Notes: generated from the sequence alone by a model not told the origin. A DNA stretch of 63,470 bases, filler included, from Octopus bimaculoides (GCF_001194135.2; 10 parts of 9 records of this genome joined end to end with filler, not necessarily neighbours in it); one strand, 5' to 3'; shown: positions 14,295 to 26,479, numbered from the whole stretch's first letter. A program made the numbers and translations.

Positions 14295-14560
14295 GGATAT
14301 GGCCTGATAACACGTTTAAAGGAACGTTCTACTTCGTGTGAGATAAACGTAATCCGTCGCCCGGTTTAAAATCTCAATTTCCCCCATGGGTATATTTAAA
14401 CAAAGTCCCATATACTGGCCTGAAGATAACTTCCTCACTTCCTCCCATCTAACATCAGTGGACTTAAAAAGGACCTGAGTTCATCCCCTTTTCATTTGAC
14501 AGTCTGTAAAAACAAAAAATCTAATACTTGAAATTTTGAATACTTCTGTCCGACTGTTAT
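14295..14560 (-). pseudogene. Decayed exon-like segment (copy 2, paralogous to 13140-13487)
   Basis: Shares gataacacgtttaaaggaacgttct, cccggtttaaaa, aagataacttcc and tttgacagt blocks with copy 1. Reads EILNRATDYVYLTRSR / RSFKRVIRPYP with stops and indels. Confidence 0.45.
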
Positions 14561-16337
14561 TGAAATATATAAAAAAAAAACACAAATTCAATAATAGTTA
14601 CAAATGTCTAAAAAAAATCAAAAATCAATCCTCATCTATTAAGAAAAGAATAGTACATTCTGTTGCCTAGGCTACAAGAAAATTCATTGGATTTCATTTA
14701 TCAATACAAAATTCATTGATTAGCGATTTTATCTCTAAGCAATTTGTAAATTATTGGCATAATGATTTCAATAAACTGTTTAAAAGAAGGCAATTTAAAT
14801 ATTTATTATTCACAAAATATATTTTAAAATTTAGAAACATTGTTAAAACCTTGAAAATATTTCTAAAATGAAATGCTATTAGCGAAGTGGTATCATAGTT
14901 TGGTTCATTTTTCCCGACAAACATTTTTATTCTTTCAGTAGAATCTCAAGATTTTCCTCACTTCAAAGAATACTCTTCCTAACTGATGAATTGTTACTTG
15001 GTGAATAACTATTACTGAATTATTATCAGTGAAGTTTTTCCGCACACAAAAAAAATATGTTCGTATAGCACCCTGCAGATGAAGTCGTATTTCTTGAAAT
15101 CACGTATTACTGTAGATCGCAACAATTATCTCTACATTTATGAATGTAGCAGCCTATGATATTACCGCAATAGACCTGAGTACTGTCTATGGTGAGATAA
15201 ATCGCGCAAAATATTTTATTTCGCGTACTTAGAAGCGTTTATTTAGTGTATTTATTCAGTAAATAGTTTCCAGATATTTTGACAAAAACTCCGTAGAGGA
15301 GGTCATTTATTGACGTTTTACACTAGATTTTATTTAATGCAATAGACCCGAGGATAAATAATATTTAGGTTCCTTTTATCTTAAAAACATCTAGCATTCG
15401 ACAAAGAAGCAACACTTATTTTGAACCTTATTCTCAATTTATAGCTTGAATATTACACAATTAAGCAACGTTTAATATGCTGGTTCTTTATTGAATATTT
15501 TTTTCCTTTTTCAAAAACGCGGTTCGTAAAGGATGATCCGAGTGTAAAATATAATTTTGATCAATAAATACAACTGATTGGGCAATACAGCAGCGACTAA
15601 AGAGGAATGACTAACAATGCCAGATATATAATATAATATTTAATATAATAATGCAGCATCGAGTATTATAAACAAACTTCTAACTAGTATTCACCTCCGA
15701 ACTGTCAAAAGAAAGAGTAACTGGCAGGTAAACAGAAGTCAAAATACCAGTATCCGGTGTTACCAATTGGCTAACAATAAAATTTTCACATAAATATATA
15801 TACCGCACAATATCACAAGAACTTCTGAAGAAGATAAGATGCTCAATCGAAAACTCACAAAAAGAAATGTGGAATAGATAAAATTATACGTAAATCTAGC
15901 TTTCATCTGTCTTCACAGACTAAATGCTCCTTAACGGACCAACAAAAACTCTGTGACGACATTGATTCTTAGAATTCATAATCGTACATTTATACATATA
16001 CACATTTCATACATTTCCCATACACACACGCACACACACACACACACATACACTAAAGCGATTACTCACATAGACATATATACATACACATACACACATT
16101 CATATACGTGCGTAATATTTATGTATTCATGGTTGTTCATACATTTATGTTTACGTGTGTATACGCGCACACATATATTTATACAGGCATATTTATATTT
16201 ATGTACGTATGTATGTATATATATGTATGTATGTATATATATATGTATATATACACATGGCATTATATATATATACATTTATATGATATATGTATATGAT
16301 GTTATATATATATATAAGTTATATATATATATGATAT

Positions 16338-16369
<32 letters not shown>

Positions 16370-17002
16370 CTATCTGTATATATCTACATATATGATATAT
16401 ATAGATATATATCATATGTATATATGATATTATATATATATATATATATANNNNNNNNNNNNNNNNNNNNNNNNNNNNNNNNNNNNNNNNNNNNNNNNNN
16501 NNNNNNNNNNNNNNNNNNNNNNNNNNNNNNNNNNNNNNNNNNNNNNNNNNNNNNNNNNNNNNNNNNNNNNNNNNNNNNNNNNNNNNNNNNNNNNNNNNNN
16601 NNNNNNNNNNNNNNNNNNNNNNNNNNNNNNNNNNNNNNNNNNNNNNNNNNNNNNNNNNNNNNNNNNNNNNNNNNNNNNNNNNNNNNNNNNNNNNNNNNNN
16701 NNNNNNNNNNNNNNNNNNNNNNNNNNNNNNNNNNNNNNNNNNNNNNNNNNNNNNNNNNNNNNNNNNNNNNNNNNNNNNNNNNNNNNNNNNNNNNNNNNNN
16801 NNNNNNNNNNNNNNNNNNNNNNNNNNNNNNNNNNNNNNNNNNNNNNNNNNNNNNNNNNNNNNNNNNNNNNNNNNNNNNNNNNNNNNNNNNNNNNNNNNNN
16901 NNNNNNNNNNNNNNNNNNNNNNNNNNNNNNNNNNNNNNNNNNNNNNNNNNNNNNNNNNNNNNNNNNNNNNNNNNNNNNNNNNNNNNNNNNNNNNNNNNNN
17001 NN

Positions 17003-18097
17003 CTAGCAACATGTTAAAGTATTGCACTACTGGAGTCTGATATTCGCCGCGTTTCCTTCATTCATTGCTTGTTTATGTCTATGTATGTATGTATGTATGA
17101 ATGTATTTATGTATGTATTGTGTATGCTTACATGTATATACTCTTTTACTTCTTTCAGTCATTTGACTGTGGCCATGTTGGAGCACCGCCTTTAGTCGAG
17201 GAAATCGACCCCAGGATTTATTCTTTGTAAGCCTAGTACTTATTCTATCAGTGTCTTTTTTTACGAACCGCTAAGTTACGAGGACGTAAATACACCAGCA
17301 TCGGTTGTCAAGCGACGTTGGAGGGGACAAACACAGACACACAAACACACACACATATATACATACAAATATACGACGGGCCTAGTACTTATTCTATCGA
17401 TTTCTTATGTCGAACCGCTAATTTATGGAGGTGTAAGCACCCCAGCAACCAGTATCGGTTGTCAAGCGATGCTGGGAGAACAAACACAGAGACACNNNNN
17501 NNNNNTACGTATATTTGTTTGTATGTTTATGCTTAAAATAGCTTACGCAGTTTTGTATGTACATTTCCTTGATATTTGTCATGTGATAAGACAAGTTGAG
17601 ATCAATGAATAATAATAATATTAAAAAAATGTTTGTTCTTATTGAACATAAAAAGGGAAAAAACTTATTTGCTTTGCTTCTCAGAGACTGTCATCTGTGA
17701 AGAGGAATTATGTTACTTTATAATCAACTATGGAAGCGTTTAAAAGTATATATAACCTCCATCAAAGTTTCCTGCTCGCTTTACTTTTATTTGCTTTTCC
17801 ATTTCACTCCGTCTTGTAAGTTTATGAAACATAAATATTGACCCATACATGACCACAATGTGACTTCGATTTAATCGACTAGCAACATGTTAAAGTATTG
17901 CACTACTGGAGTCTGATATTCGCCGCGTTTCCTTCATTCATTGCTTGTTTATGTCTATGTATGTATGTATGTATGTATGGATGGATGTATGGATGGATGC
18001 ATGCATGCATTCATGCATGTATGTATGAATGTATTTATGTATGTATTGTGTATGCTTACATGTATATACTCTTTTACTTCTTTCAGTCATTTGACTG
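17003..18097 (+). repeat. Direct duplication (17003-17169 and 17879-18097)
   Basis: Identical unique sequence ctagcaacatgttaaagtattgcactactggagtctgatattcgccgcg.. in both copies. They differ only in the length of the embedded ATGT microsatellite, and each copy abuts an N gap. Confidence 0.9.
17131..17495 (+). mobile_element. SINE-like repeat (TGGAGCACCGCC family) with a duplicated 3' half
   Basis: ctttcagtcatttgactgtggccatgttggagcaccgcc..gcctagtacttattctatc..gaaccgctaagttacg..tcggttgtcaagcga. The gcctagtacttattctatc to gtcaagcgat block repeats at about 17378-17495. Confidence 0.75.
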
Positions 18098-18872
18098 NNN
18101 NNNNNNNNNNNNNNNNNNNNNNNNNNNNNNNNNNNNNNNNNNNNNNNNNNNNNNNNNNNNNNNNNNNNNNNNNNNNNNNNNNNNNNNNNNNNNNNNNNNN
18201 NNNNNNNNNNNNNNNNNNNNNNNNNNNNNNNNNNNNNNNNNNNNNNNNNNNNNNNNNNNNNNNNNNNNNNNNNNNNNNNNNNNNNNNNNNNNNNNNNNNN
18301 NNNNNNNNNNNNNNNNNNNNNNNNNNNNNNNNNNNNNNNNNNNNNNNNNNNNNNNNNNNNNNNNNNNNNNNNNNNNNNNNNNNNNNNNNNNNNNNNNNNN
18401 NNNNNNNNNNNNNNNNNNNNNNNNNNNNNNNNNNNNNNNNNNNNNNNNNNNNNNNNNNNNNNNNNNNNNNNNNNNNNNNNNNNNNNNNNNNNNNNNNNNN
18501 NNNNNNNNNNNNNNNNNNNNNNNNNNNNNNNNNNNNNNNNNNNNNNNNNNNNNNNNNNNNNNNNNNNNNNNNNNNNNNNNNNNNNNNNNNNNNNNNNNNN
18601 NNNNNNNNNNNNNNNNNNNNNNNNNNNNNNNNNNNNNNNNNNNNNNNNNNNNNNNNNNNNNNNNNNNNNNNNNNNNNNNNNNNNNNNNNNNNNNNNNNNN
18701 NNNNNNNNNNNNNNNNNNNNNNNNNNNNNNNNNNNNNNNNNNNNNNNNNNNNNNNNNNNNNNNNNNNNNNNNNNNNNNNNNNNNNNNNNNNNNNNNNNNN
18801 NNNNNNNNNNNNNNNNNNNNNNNNNNNNNNNNNNNNNNNNNNNNNNNNNNNNNNNNNNNNNNNNNNNNNNNN

Positions 18873-18904
<32 letters not shown>

Positions 18905-18906
<2 letters not shown>

Positions 18907-20620
18907 CGTTTCAACGAAGGAACTGACTTGGGCTTCATCTTTACCATAAAGTTTGAGGTCATCCATGAATAACAAATGGTTGCCTTTTTGTTGGCGACTT
19001 TTGAATACACACTCAGCTTTGCTTTCCTCAGTATCAATGTTAGTGGTAACAATCACAGTACAAAGATCAGTGGAGTCAGGCAGTCCCCTTAGAAGATGCC
19101 CCTTCTAATTTCTACTATCTCTAAACTTCTGTATGCTGTCAGGTACGTCCACCATTTCGCCATACTTTTTTCAAGCAAGCGCTCAACGTTTGATACAATA
19201 CCAAATGGGTCCATACACTCAATAATCCAAGAACGTGGGATCTGATTTTTTATTACCCATGCAGGCTAACATAGAGGGGACAATACAATGTGATCGGGGT
19301 CGCTTCTCTAACTGAAATGACTAGTTTTGCCTGTTTTGGACAGACTACTGTTTGCTTCAGTTCTTGCAACCATTCAGCATCCTTTTTGTGCTCCTTGTCT
19401 TTGCTCCAGATGTCACTCCAAATGTTATCAGGTATCAACTTTTCATCTGTACACTCTCCATTTATCTCTTTATAGAATCTCTTCTGATCTACTCTAAATA
19501 ACTTATTCTGGTGGTAACCATTCATTCTTTGGTCGTATCTTACCATCTTTGCTTTCTTTGCAACGAGGCACTGTTTCAGTTCTTCCACTACTACTTTCAG
19601 ACCCTTTCTTTCAATATTATACTTCTTTTTCAGCGCCCTATATTTTTGTTCGCTTTTAAGCTTCCCTTTCTATTTTCGGTCTAACACAGAGATTTCCTTC
19701 GAGAGCAGGTCTAATCCTGCCTCAATTCTTTTCCACCATGGATCTTTTCTTTTATCACTCCCATTATGCTTATTTTTCTTGACATCAACACCTACGTTTT
19801 CTGCTACAACAATACTTGCTGCCTTGATCAAATTATTCGTTTCTGTGATGTTGTTTGTTCTGATGTATTTCAGAATTTCATTCACATTTTTCGTTTCTTG
19901 GTTCAATTTCCATCGATCAACTTTTTTAAGGTTGCAAATAATGTCGCTATCATTCTCCTGTAGTCTTGCCTTTATTCTGTCGTAGATGGACTTTTGTTCA
20001 TCTGTCATGTCGCCATTAGTTTTATTGTCTTCTTTTAGATCATCTATATGTCTCTCATCAAGTAAACTACCACTGCTCTTTTCCTTAGTAAGAACTGTAT
20101 TTTCATTGTTATCTCTGTTGCTATTTTCGATAACCCGTCTTTTGATAGCTTTGGGCTCCACTTCTGTGAACTAACATTTTTTTTCTTATTGCTCTAGCTT
20201 GATCACATAGTCTCTGTTCCGTGAGTTGAAACAATCCCTTTTCTCTCCAATGATCATACATACGTTGTCGGTAACCACTAATTTGAGTACCATTTTCATC
20301 TCCCGGGCTGCTCATGTAGTAATTCTCCATGACTACAGCATTAATTTGCTTGCTCCATCTACGCCGTATGTGGTGGTCCCTTTCTGGATATCGACAAGCT
20401 GGAGCCCGACCAGAATATCTGAGCGTATGGGGTGCAACACTATCAGCATCATTGGCTTCAGTTTCATTACCACCGTTAGTCACAATATTTTGTTTTTTCA
20501 TTTCCACTCATTGAGGTATCGTTTATCAGGTTGCGCAGTTACCTGCGTTTTTATTGTGACACCATCACTAGATGTATAATTTATCAGCCCATGGAGAGGC
20601 TTCACCCGTTTCCTTTCGAT
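18905..20620 (-). mobile_element. Decayed RLE-type non-LTR retrotransposon, R4/Dong-like (5' region through RT)
   Basis: N-terminal RRRWSKQINAVVMENYY..GYRQRMYDHWREKGLFQLTEQRLCDQARAIRK. Middle KRKDPWWKR and YHQNKLFRVDQKRFYKEI. RT motifs IRRGIF*GDCLTPLIFVL and HLLFMDDLKLYGK. Multiple frameshifts and an internal deletion. Confidence 0.85.
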
Positions 20621-20772
20621 ATTATTATCATCATCACTGCTAGCACTGATATCATAGCTTTTTTTTGTGTAGTAGCAGCAATGGTTGCAGCAACAGCAGC
20701 ATTAGCAGAGGTGGTGGTATTGGTAATGTGGTAGTTGGGCCTGAGACTCCAGTACTATCATAATAGTAGTAG

Positions 20773-20775
<3 letters not shown>

Positions 20776-20826
<51 letters not shown>
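20776..20826. repeat. (TTA)n microsatellite next to the 5' end of the R4/Dong-like element
   Basis: Uninterrupted ttattatta run. Confidence 0.95.
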
Positions 20827-21774
20827 CATTATTACTCCCACCACCACTACCATTGTTATTATCCTTATTACTATCTCCATTTATTATTAAAAAAATTTAC
20901 TAAATGTTCTTTATTTTCAACTTTTGTCTTGTACTTGAAATAATCATAAATAAATAAATATGTGGTTGTTGGAGGAAATAGTTGGTACTAGTTTGGTGAA
21001 TATATCATATTCTGCAGGTCTATAAATAGATTCGGCAGATGGTGGGGAGGTCAGCCACAGAGGCAAAAGAATCTTCGCACCCTTTGGGTCAGCAGAGGTC
21101 AAATGTGTTTACTACTACCAGTGGCCACTGAGAGCGCTGCCTTGAAAAGAAGCAATTCAACTTGTTCTATTTGTAATTATTGGTAGAAAAAACGATAATA
21201 ATATATATATATATATATANNNNNNNNNNNNNNNNNNNNNNNNNNNNNNNNNNNNNNNNNNNNNNNNNNNNNNNNNNNNNNNNNNNNNNNNNNNNNNNNN
21301 NNNNNNNNNNNNNNNNNNNNNNNNNNNNNNNNNATACTGATATTCACGTCGTTGAATTTTTGAATTTCTGAATTCAGTTGTGTTGTTGGAATAAAAGATA
21401 TGTTTACGTATTTGGGTAATATATTAAAGTTCTTAAGTTTTCTTGAGAAGTTCGTTTGTCTGTCCAGTTGGAGAATACAGTAGGATTATTGCAAAGAAAA
21501 GGATATTTACATTTGTGAATACTCAGGGAGAGTCAAAAGGAAAACAAAACAAGTTGTAGATAATAAAATTTTCAGATTTACTAAAAATGGTCTTTTGTAT
21601 TACCGCACAGAGAGAAATGGTAGTGTTCTTAGAACAAAAAGGAGGATGATGTTCATATTTTCGAATACTCAGGGAGAAAGGAATGGTTAGATATTCACAC
21701 AGTAGTTGTAGATATTTCAGGCATTGTGCCTATACCAGAAAGGATTATCATTATTATCAAAGGAAACGTCAACC

Positions 21775-21915
21775 TTTCGCTGTGGAAGACATTGGCTTTC
21801 ATCCTTTCGAGGTTGATAAGGTAAGTACCAGACGTACACCGAGGTCGACGTAATAGACTTATCTCTTCCCCTAAATTTGCAGGCCTAGTGCCAAAATTTG
21901 AAACCATTATTAGTA
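21775..21915 (+). mobile_element. Deu/Nin-core SINE fragment
   Basis: ggctttcatcctttcgaggttgataaggtaagtaccag..ctaaatttgcaggcctagtgccaaaatttgaaacc. Confidence 0.75.
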
Positions 21916-23030
21916 GTATAATAAAAAATAATTCCAAACATTTAAAAATGGTACATCCTTTTACTTTTATTTTCCAATTCTTAGAGTAGTAAGAAAAAAA
22001 TAAACAACAAAATATACATTTCTTAAAGCATCAAAGAATTTTAATAGAACCCAATATTTCATCTAAGTACTTCAATGCTGATTGAAATTGATGCTCATTA
22101 ACGTAATATATATAGTTGTCGAGATTTCTCCAAAATGCTGTTTTTTAATGACGAATTGTTTAAAGTGGTATTCATTCGAAAAACGTTTAAACCTCGAAAA
22201 TACTGCCAGTATTTTAACGATGAATGAAGATGTACTTCGTAATGTATTTAACAGAAACATTAAAACTAATCCAAAGGGCGTTTACGATTTTATATATCCC
22301 TTNNNNNNNNNNNNNNNNNNNNNNNNNNNNNNNNNNNNNNNNNNNNNNNNNNNNNNNNNNNNNNNNNNNNNNNNNNNNNNNNNNNNNNNNNNNNNNNNNN
22401 NNNNNNNNNNNNNNNNNNNNNNNNNNNNNNNNNNNNNNNNNNNNNNNNNNNNNNNNNNNNNNNNNNNNNNNNNNNNNNNNNNNNNNNNNNNNNNNNNNNN
22501 NNNNNNNNNNNNNNNNNNNNNNNNNNNNNNNNNNNNNNNNNNNNNNNNNNNNNNNNNNNNNNNNNNNNNNNNNNNNNNNNNNNNNNNNNNNNNNNNNNNN
22601 NNNNNNNNNNNNNNNNNNNNNNNNNNNNNNNNNNNNNNNNNNNNNNNNNNNNNNNNNNNNNNNNNNNNNNNNNNNNNNNNNNNNNNNNNNNNNNNNNNNN
22701 NNNNNNNNNNNNNNNNNNNNNNNNNNNNNNNNNNNNNNNNNNNNNNNNNNNNNNNNNNNNNNNNNNNNNNNNNNNNNNNNNNNNNNNNNNNNNNNNNNNN
22801 NNNNNNNNNNNNNNNNNNNNNNNNNNNNNNNNNNNNNNNNNNNNNNNNNNNNNNNNNNNNNNNNNNNNNNNNNNNNNNNNNNNNNNNNNNNNNNNNNNNN
22901 NNNNNNNNNNNNNNNNNNNNNNNNNNNNNNNNNNNNNNNNNNNNNNNNNNNNNNNNNNNNNNNNNNNNNNNNNNNNNNNNNNNNNNNNNNNNNNNNNNNN
23001 NNNNNNNNNNNNNNNNNNNNNNNNNNNNNN

Positions 23031-23102
<72 letters not shown>

Positions 23103-23424
23103 ACACACACACATATATACAAAACAAGAATTATTCTCAATTTGAAACATTTCTATCATATTATTAACTTGTTAATTATTATCATTAATGCAAGAAATTA
23201 TGCTGTCGGTTTCACACATGAAAACAATCCGGTATATTGCAACTTTTAACATGGCAATATTTTTGTCAATGTGTGTATAAATATATACTTCTTTGTACGT
23301 ATTTCCATATATACTTCTTTGTATATATACTTCTTTGTATGTATTTCCATTTTTTGTTCATTTAAAACAGAACGTGACAATTGTTCCGATAACGTTGTTA
23401 ATGGTTTTGACAATACCTTGATTC

Positions 23425-24969
23425 TTAATTTTTAGTTTTCCTTGGGTTTTGATGGTCAGATACTATCACCACGCCTTGTTGTTTCATCTTTTCAAATTTT
23501 GCTGGAAAATTCATTATTTTGTTATCTGATAAATCCAATAATTTAATAGAGGGCAACTTACAAATAGTATTTGGAACAGTTTCGATTACGTTGTCTTTCA
23601 GTATGAGTTCTTCTAGGCGGTGCATATTCCACATGTCTTTCGGTATAGTTTTTACATGATTTCCTGTCAAATCTAGTTTTCTAACCCTATATATTGATGT
23701 GAAACTAGGTGGAATAGCACTGACACGATTTCCCACCAATATTAATTCACACACCGAAGCCATAACCTCCATTTTAGCATCAGGGAATACTCTAATGGAA
23801 TTATATGACAGATCAACATAATTTAGCCCTAGCATATCCCCGAACTCACCTGGCAAATCAGTAAGCTGATTCATAGAAAGATCTAATTCGTTCAACAAAC
23901 ACATATTTAACATTCCCTCGGGAATTTCCTTGATCTTATTACAAGTCGCTTTTAATTTACGTAAACGTACAAATCCATCAATTTTCTTTGGCAATTCTGT
24001 TATTTCATTGTTACTAATATTTAGTTCTACTAGGTTTCGAAGCTTACAAATATTATCAGGAATACATCTGAGGTTGTTATGGTTCACGTCTAGTACCTCT
24101 AACATCTTACATCGACCAATAGAAATCGGAATGTCCTCTAACCCAATATTACTTAGGTATAAATGTGTTAGAAACTTTGAATTCTGCTTTTCGGCAATAA
24201 CACCTAAGATGGATTTCGGATCGGTTGCTAGTGGGTTCCCAGACAATTTTAGTTGCTCTATAGTTTTGGGAACTGTGAAATTGGAAACCATGCAGTTTGT
24301 CACATCAATAATACGTAGAAATTTCATCTCCCCTAAATATTTTGGTAACGTGAAGAAACCGTTTTCAGATACGTCGAATTCCTCCATAAACATTAATCTG
24401 CTAAGATCGAGTTCGTCCTTAAGGTTATTTTTAGCGAATTTAAAACTTCTAATAACTTGATTTGCTCCAAGATATGATGGGAAGTGAGTAATACCATTGT
24501 CACTGAAGTTGACATTTTTCAAAGACTTGATTCTGCCGAGATCTGGATGGAAAGACGGAATATTGTTCCCAGCAACGTCCAAAGTAATTAAATGGGTTAG
24601 ATTACCAATGTCAAAAGGAATATTAGTAAGCTGATTGTTGGCAAAATAAAGATGTTCCAAGCTGAATAACTTACCAACTGTGTAAAATTTTGATATCTGA
24701 TTGTTGGACAGATTTAAATATTTAAGTGACACTAGTTCAAGAAAATTGCTTGGTACAAGGCGAATCACATTATCAGCTAAATTTAGAGTTTCTATGCGTT
24801 TTAATGTTCCGAAATCTGCTGGCATCTCTGTAATTTGATTTGAATTCAGTAGCAGCGTGTTTAGTCCATACTGCCAGCCTGCGACACTACTAGGAAGCAC
24901 ACAAATTTGATTATGAGATGCATCTAAATAACGCAGGTTTACCAAACGTCCGATGTTTTCTGTCAGTTC
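23425..24969 (-). CDS. Terminal coding exon (514 codons) of an intracellular leucine-rich-repeat protein; SHOC2/LRRD1/LRRC40-like architecture, about 20 tandem 23-aa LRRs
   Basis: Uninterrupted ORF with repeated LxxLxxLxLxxNxIxxLP motifs (LVNLRYLDASHNQICVLP, LKRIETLNLADNVIRLVP, LRNLVELNISNNEITELP, LPSIKLLDLSDNKIMNFP). Phase-0 acceptor ttttcactatcgacag|GAA at 24969 and TAA at 23427-23425. The first 25 codons of ORF 25044 look intronic. No TM segment in this exon. Confidence 0.92.
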   Translation of the reverse strand, partial: ELTENIGRLVNLRYLDASHNQICVLPSSVAGWQYGLNTLLLNSNQITEMPADFGTLKRIETLNLADNVIRLVPSNFLELVSLKYLNLSNNQISKFYTVGKLFSLEHLYFANNQLTNIPFDIGNLTHLITLDVAGNNIPSFHPDLGRIKSLKNVNFSDNGITHFPSYLGANQVIRSFKFAKNNLKDELDLSRLMFMEEFDVSENGFFTLPKYLGEMKFLRIIDVTNCMVSNFTVPKTIEQLKLSGNPLATDPKSILGVIAEKQNSKFLTHLYLSNIGLEDIPISIGRCKMLEVLDVNHNNLRCIPDNICKLRNLVELNISNNEITELPKKIDGFVRLRKLKATCNKIKEIPEGMLNMCLLNELDLSMNQLTDLPGEFGDMLGLNYVDLSYNSIRVFPDAKMEVMASVCELILVGNRVSAIPPSFTSIYRVRKLDLTGNHVKTIPKDMWNMHRLEELILKDNVIETVPNTICKLPSIKLLDLSDNKIMNFPAKFEKMKQQGVVIVSDHQNPRKTKN

Positions 24970-25140
24970 CTGTCGATAGTGAAAAACTTGTTGAAATACA
25001 TTTATGATAATGTTTGCATGAACAGTGAAAAAAAGATAAAACATATAATAATGATAAGATATTAATGAAAATTATGGCTACAGTAATAGTCATGACAAGG
25101 AAGAGGAGGAGAGGCGGTTGAGGGGGAGGTGGTGGTTAAG

Positions 25141-25235
25141 GAGGAGGAGGCGGAGGAGGTGCAGGAGGAGGAGGAGGTGCAGGAGGAGGTGCAGGAGGAG
25201 GTGCAGGAGGAGGTGCAGGAGGAGGTGCAGGAGGA
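25141..25235. repeat. G-rich 12-mer tandem repeat (GGAGGTGCAGGA)n
   Basis: At least 6 units of ggaggtgcagga running into an N gap. Confidence 0.9.
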
Positions 25236-25335
25236 NNNNNNNNNNNNNNNNNNNNNNNNNNNNNNNNNNNNNNNNNNNNTTAATTAATTAANNNNNNNNN
25301 NNNNNNNNNNNNNNNNNNNNNNNNNNNNNNNNNNN

Positions 25336-25460
25336 TTAGTTTAACGCTCGGGAAGTGAAAAGGCTTTAACGTTTCGAGCCTACGCTTTTCCACAGAAAGG
25401 AACACAGAAAGAGACAAGGAGAGAAAATAATGAATGTGTAGTGGCTAGCAATCTATGAAG
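25336..25460 (-). mobile_element. Short repeat, probably derived from a Penelope pseudo-LTR, carrying a hammerhead-like motif (25364-25399)
   Basis: Reverse complement CTTT-CTGTGGA-A-AAG CGTAGG CTC-GAAAC GTT-AAAG. Homologous to 36060-36230 in the opposite orientation. Confidence 0.55.
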
Positions 25461-26479
25461 CACACACGTATATGTGTATGCATGCATTAATGCATAGAAA
25501 TGTATACACAAACACACAAACACACACACAAACACACACACACACAAACGCACACACTCACAACGGACTCCTGTGCGGTGTGTGTCTAAAGAATTTGTTC
25601 ACATGCTTTCGGTCGGCTCGGGGTTATAGAAGAAACAATCCCAAGTGGGACTGAATCCGAAACAGCATAGTTACAAAGTGAGCTTGTTAACCATACATCC
25701 ATGCTTACGCGTTTTTGTTTGTTTTTTTTATAGGATGTCAGTTAATTTTCGCTCTACTTACAATAGTTGACAGATAGCAGAAATCAGAAGAAAGCTTTGC
25801 AATTAACATGGGATTTGAACTATCGAACTACGCAGTTATCTGCAACCGTTCAATTATTTCTCCCTGTGATCATGGCAGTATGTATATGTGTTCAATCTTG
25901 AAAAGATTTCAAATAATTAACATTCTGAATCGTAAAATATTCAAAATCTAATTCTAGAAGACACAGTTGATGACTTCATAATTATCTAATTTCTGTGGGT
26001 CATCTATTTGCTTACAAAATACTGGTTATGTGTCGTCAGAACATTATGCATCAATAATCATATTCATTGGATGATAATTGGTCATCTACCACCCGACCAC
26101 TTCCAAGACACGATGTCAATGAACTTTGTGTTACTTGCAAAATGTTTTATATTTTTGTAGCTATGTAACAGGTTCATACGGTTAAGTTAGCTCCAAACTC
26201 TAGAAAATCAACACGTGTTTGCTGCTTTCCGGTCTGGAGTTCTGCTACTGTTATGCACACAGATATCCAAAAATACTTTATCGACTCCAGAATGTAGGAA
26301 AAGTAAAACGCAATAATAAAAAAGTTATCTAAAATCCACACGAAATTTTGTCCAACGTTCAACCGACATTCAATTCACGCAGCAACCCTCGAACATACCC
26401 AAAAGAAAACTCATTCGACTAATTGACAAGGGGCCACTCATGGACACACGGTAATTATTTAAAATCCAGATTCAATATC

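Noticed and set aside
23930-24460. 176-aa plus-strand ORF
   Set aside because: Antisense shadow of the LRR exon with no recognisable features.
24970-25044. N-terminal MFYLFFTVHANIIINVFQQVFHYRQ of the 539-aa ORF
   Set aside because: T-rich sequence ending in a canonical acceptor; more likely intron than coding, although use of the ATG cannot be excluded.
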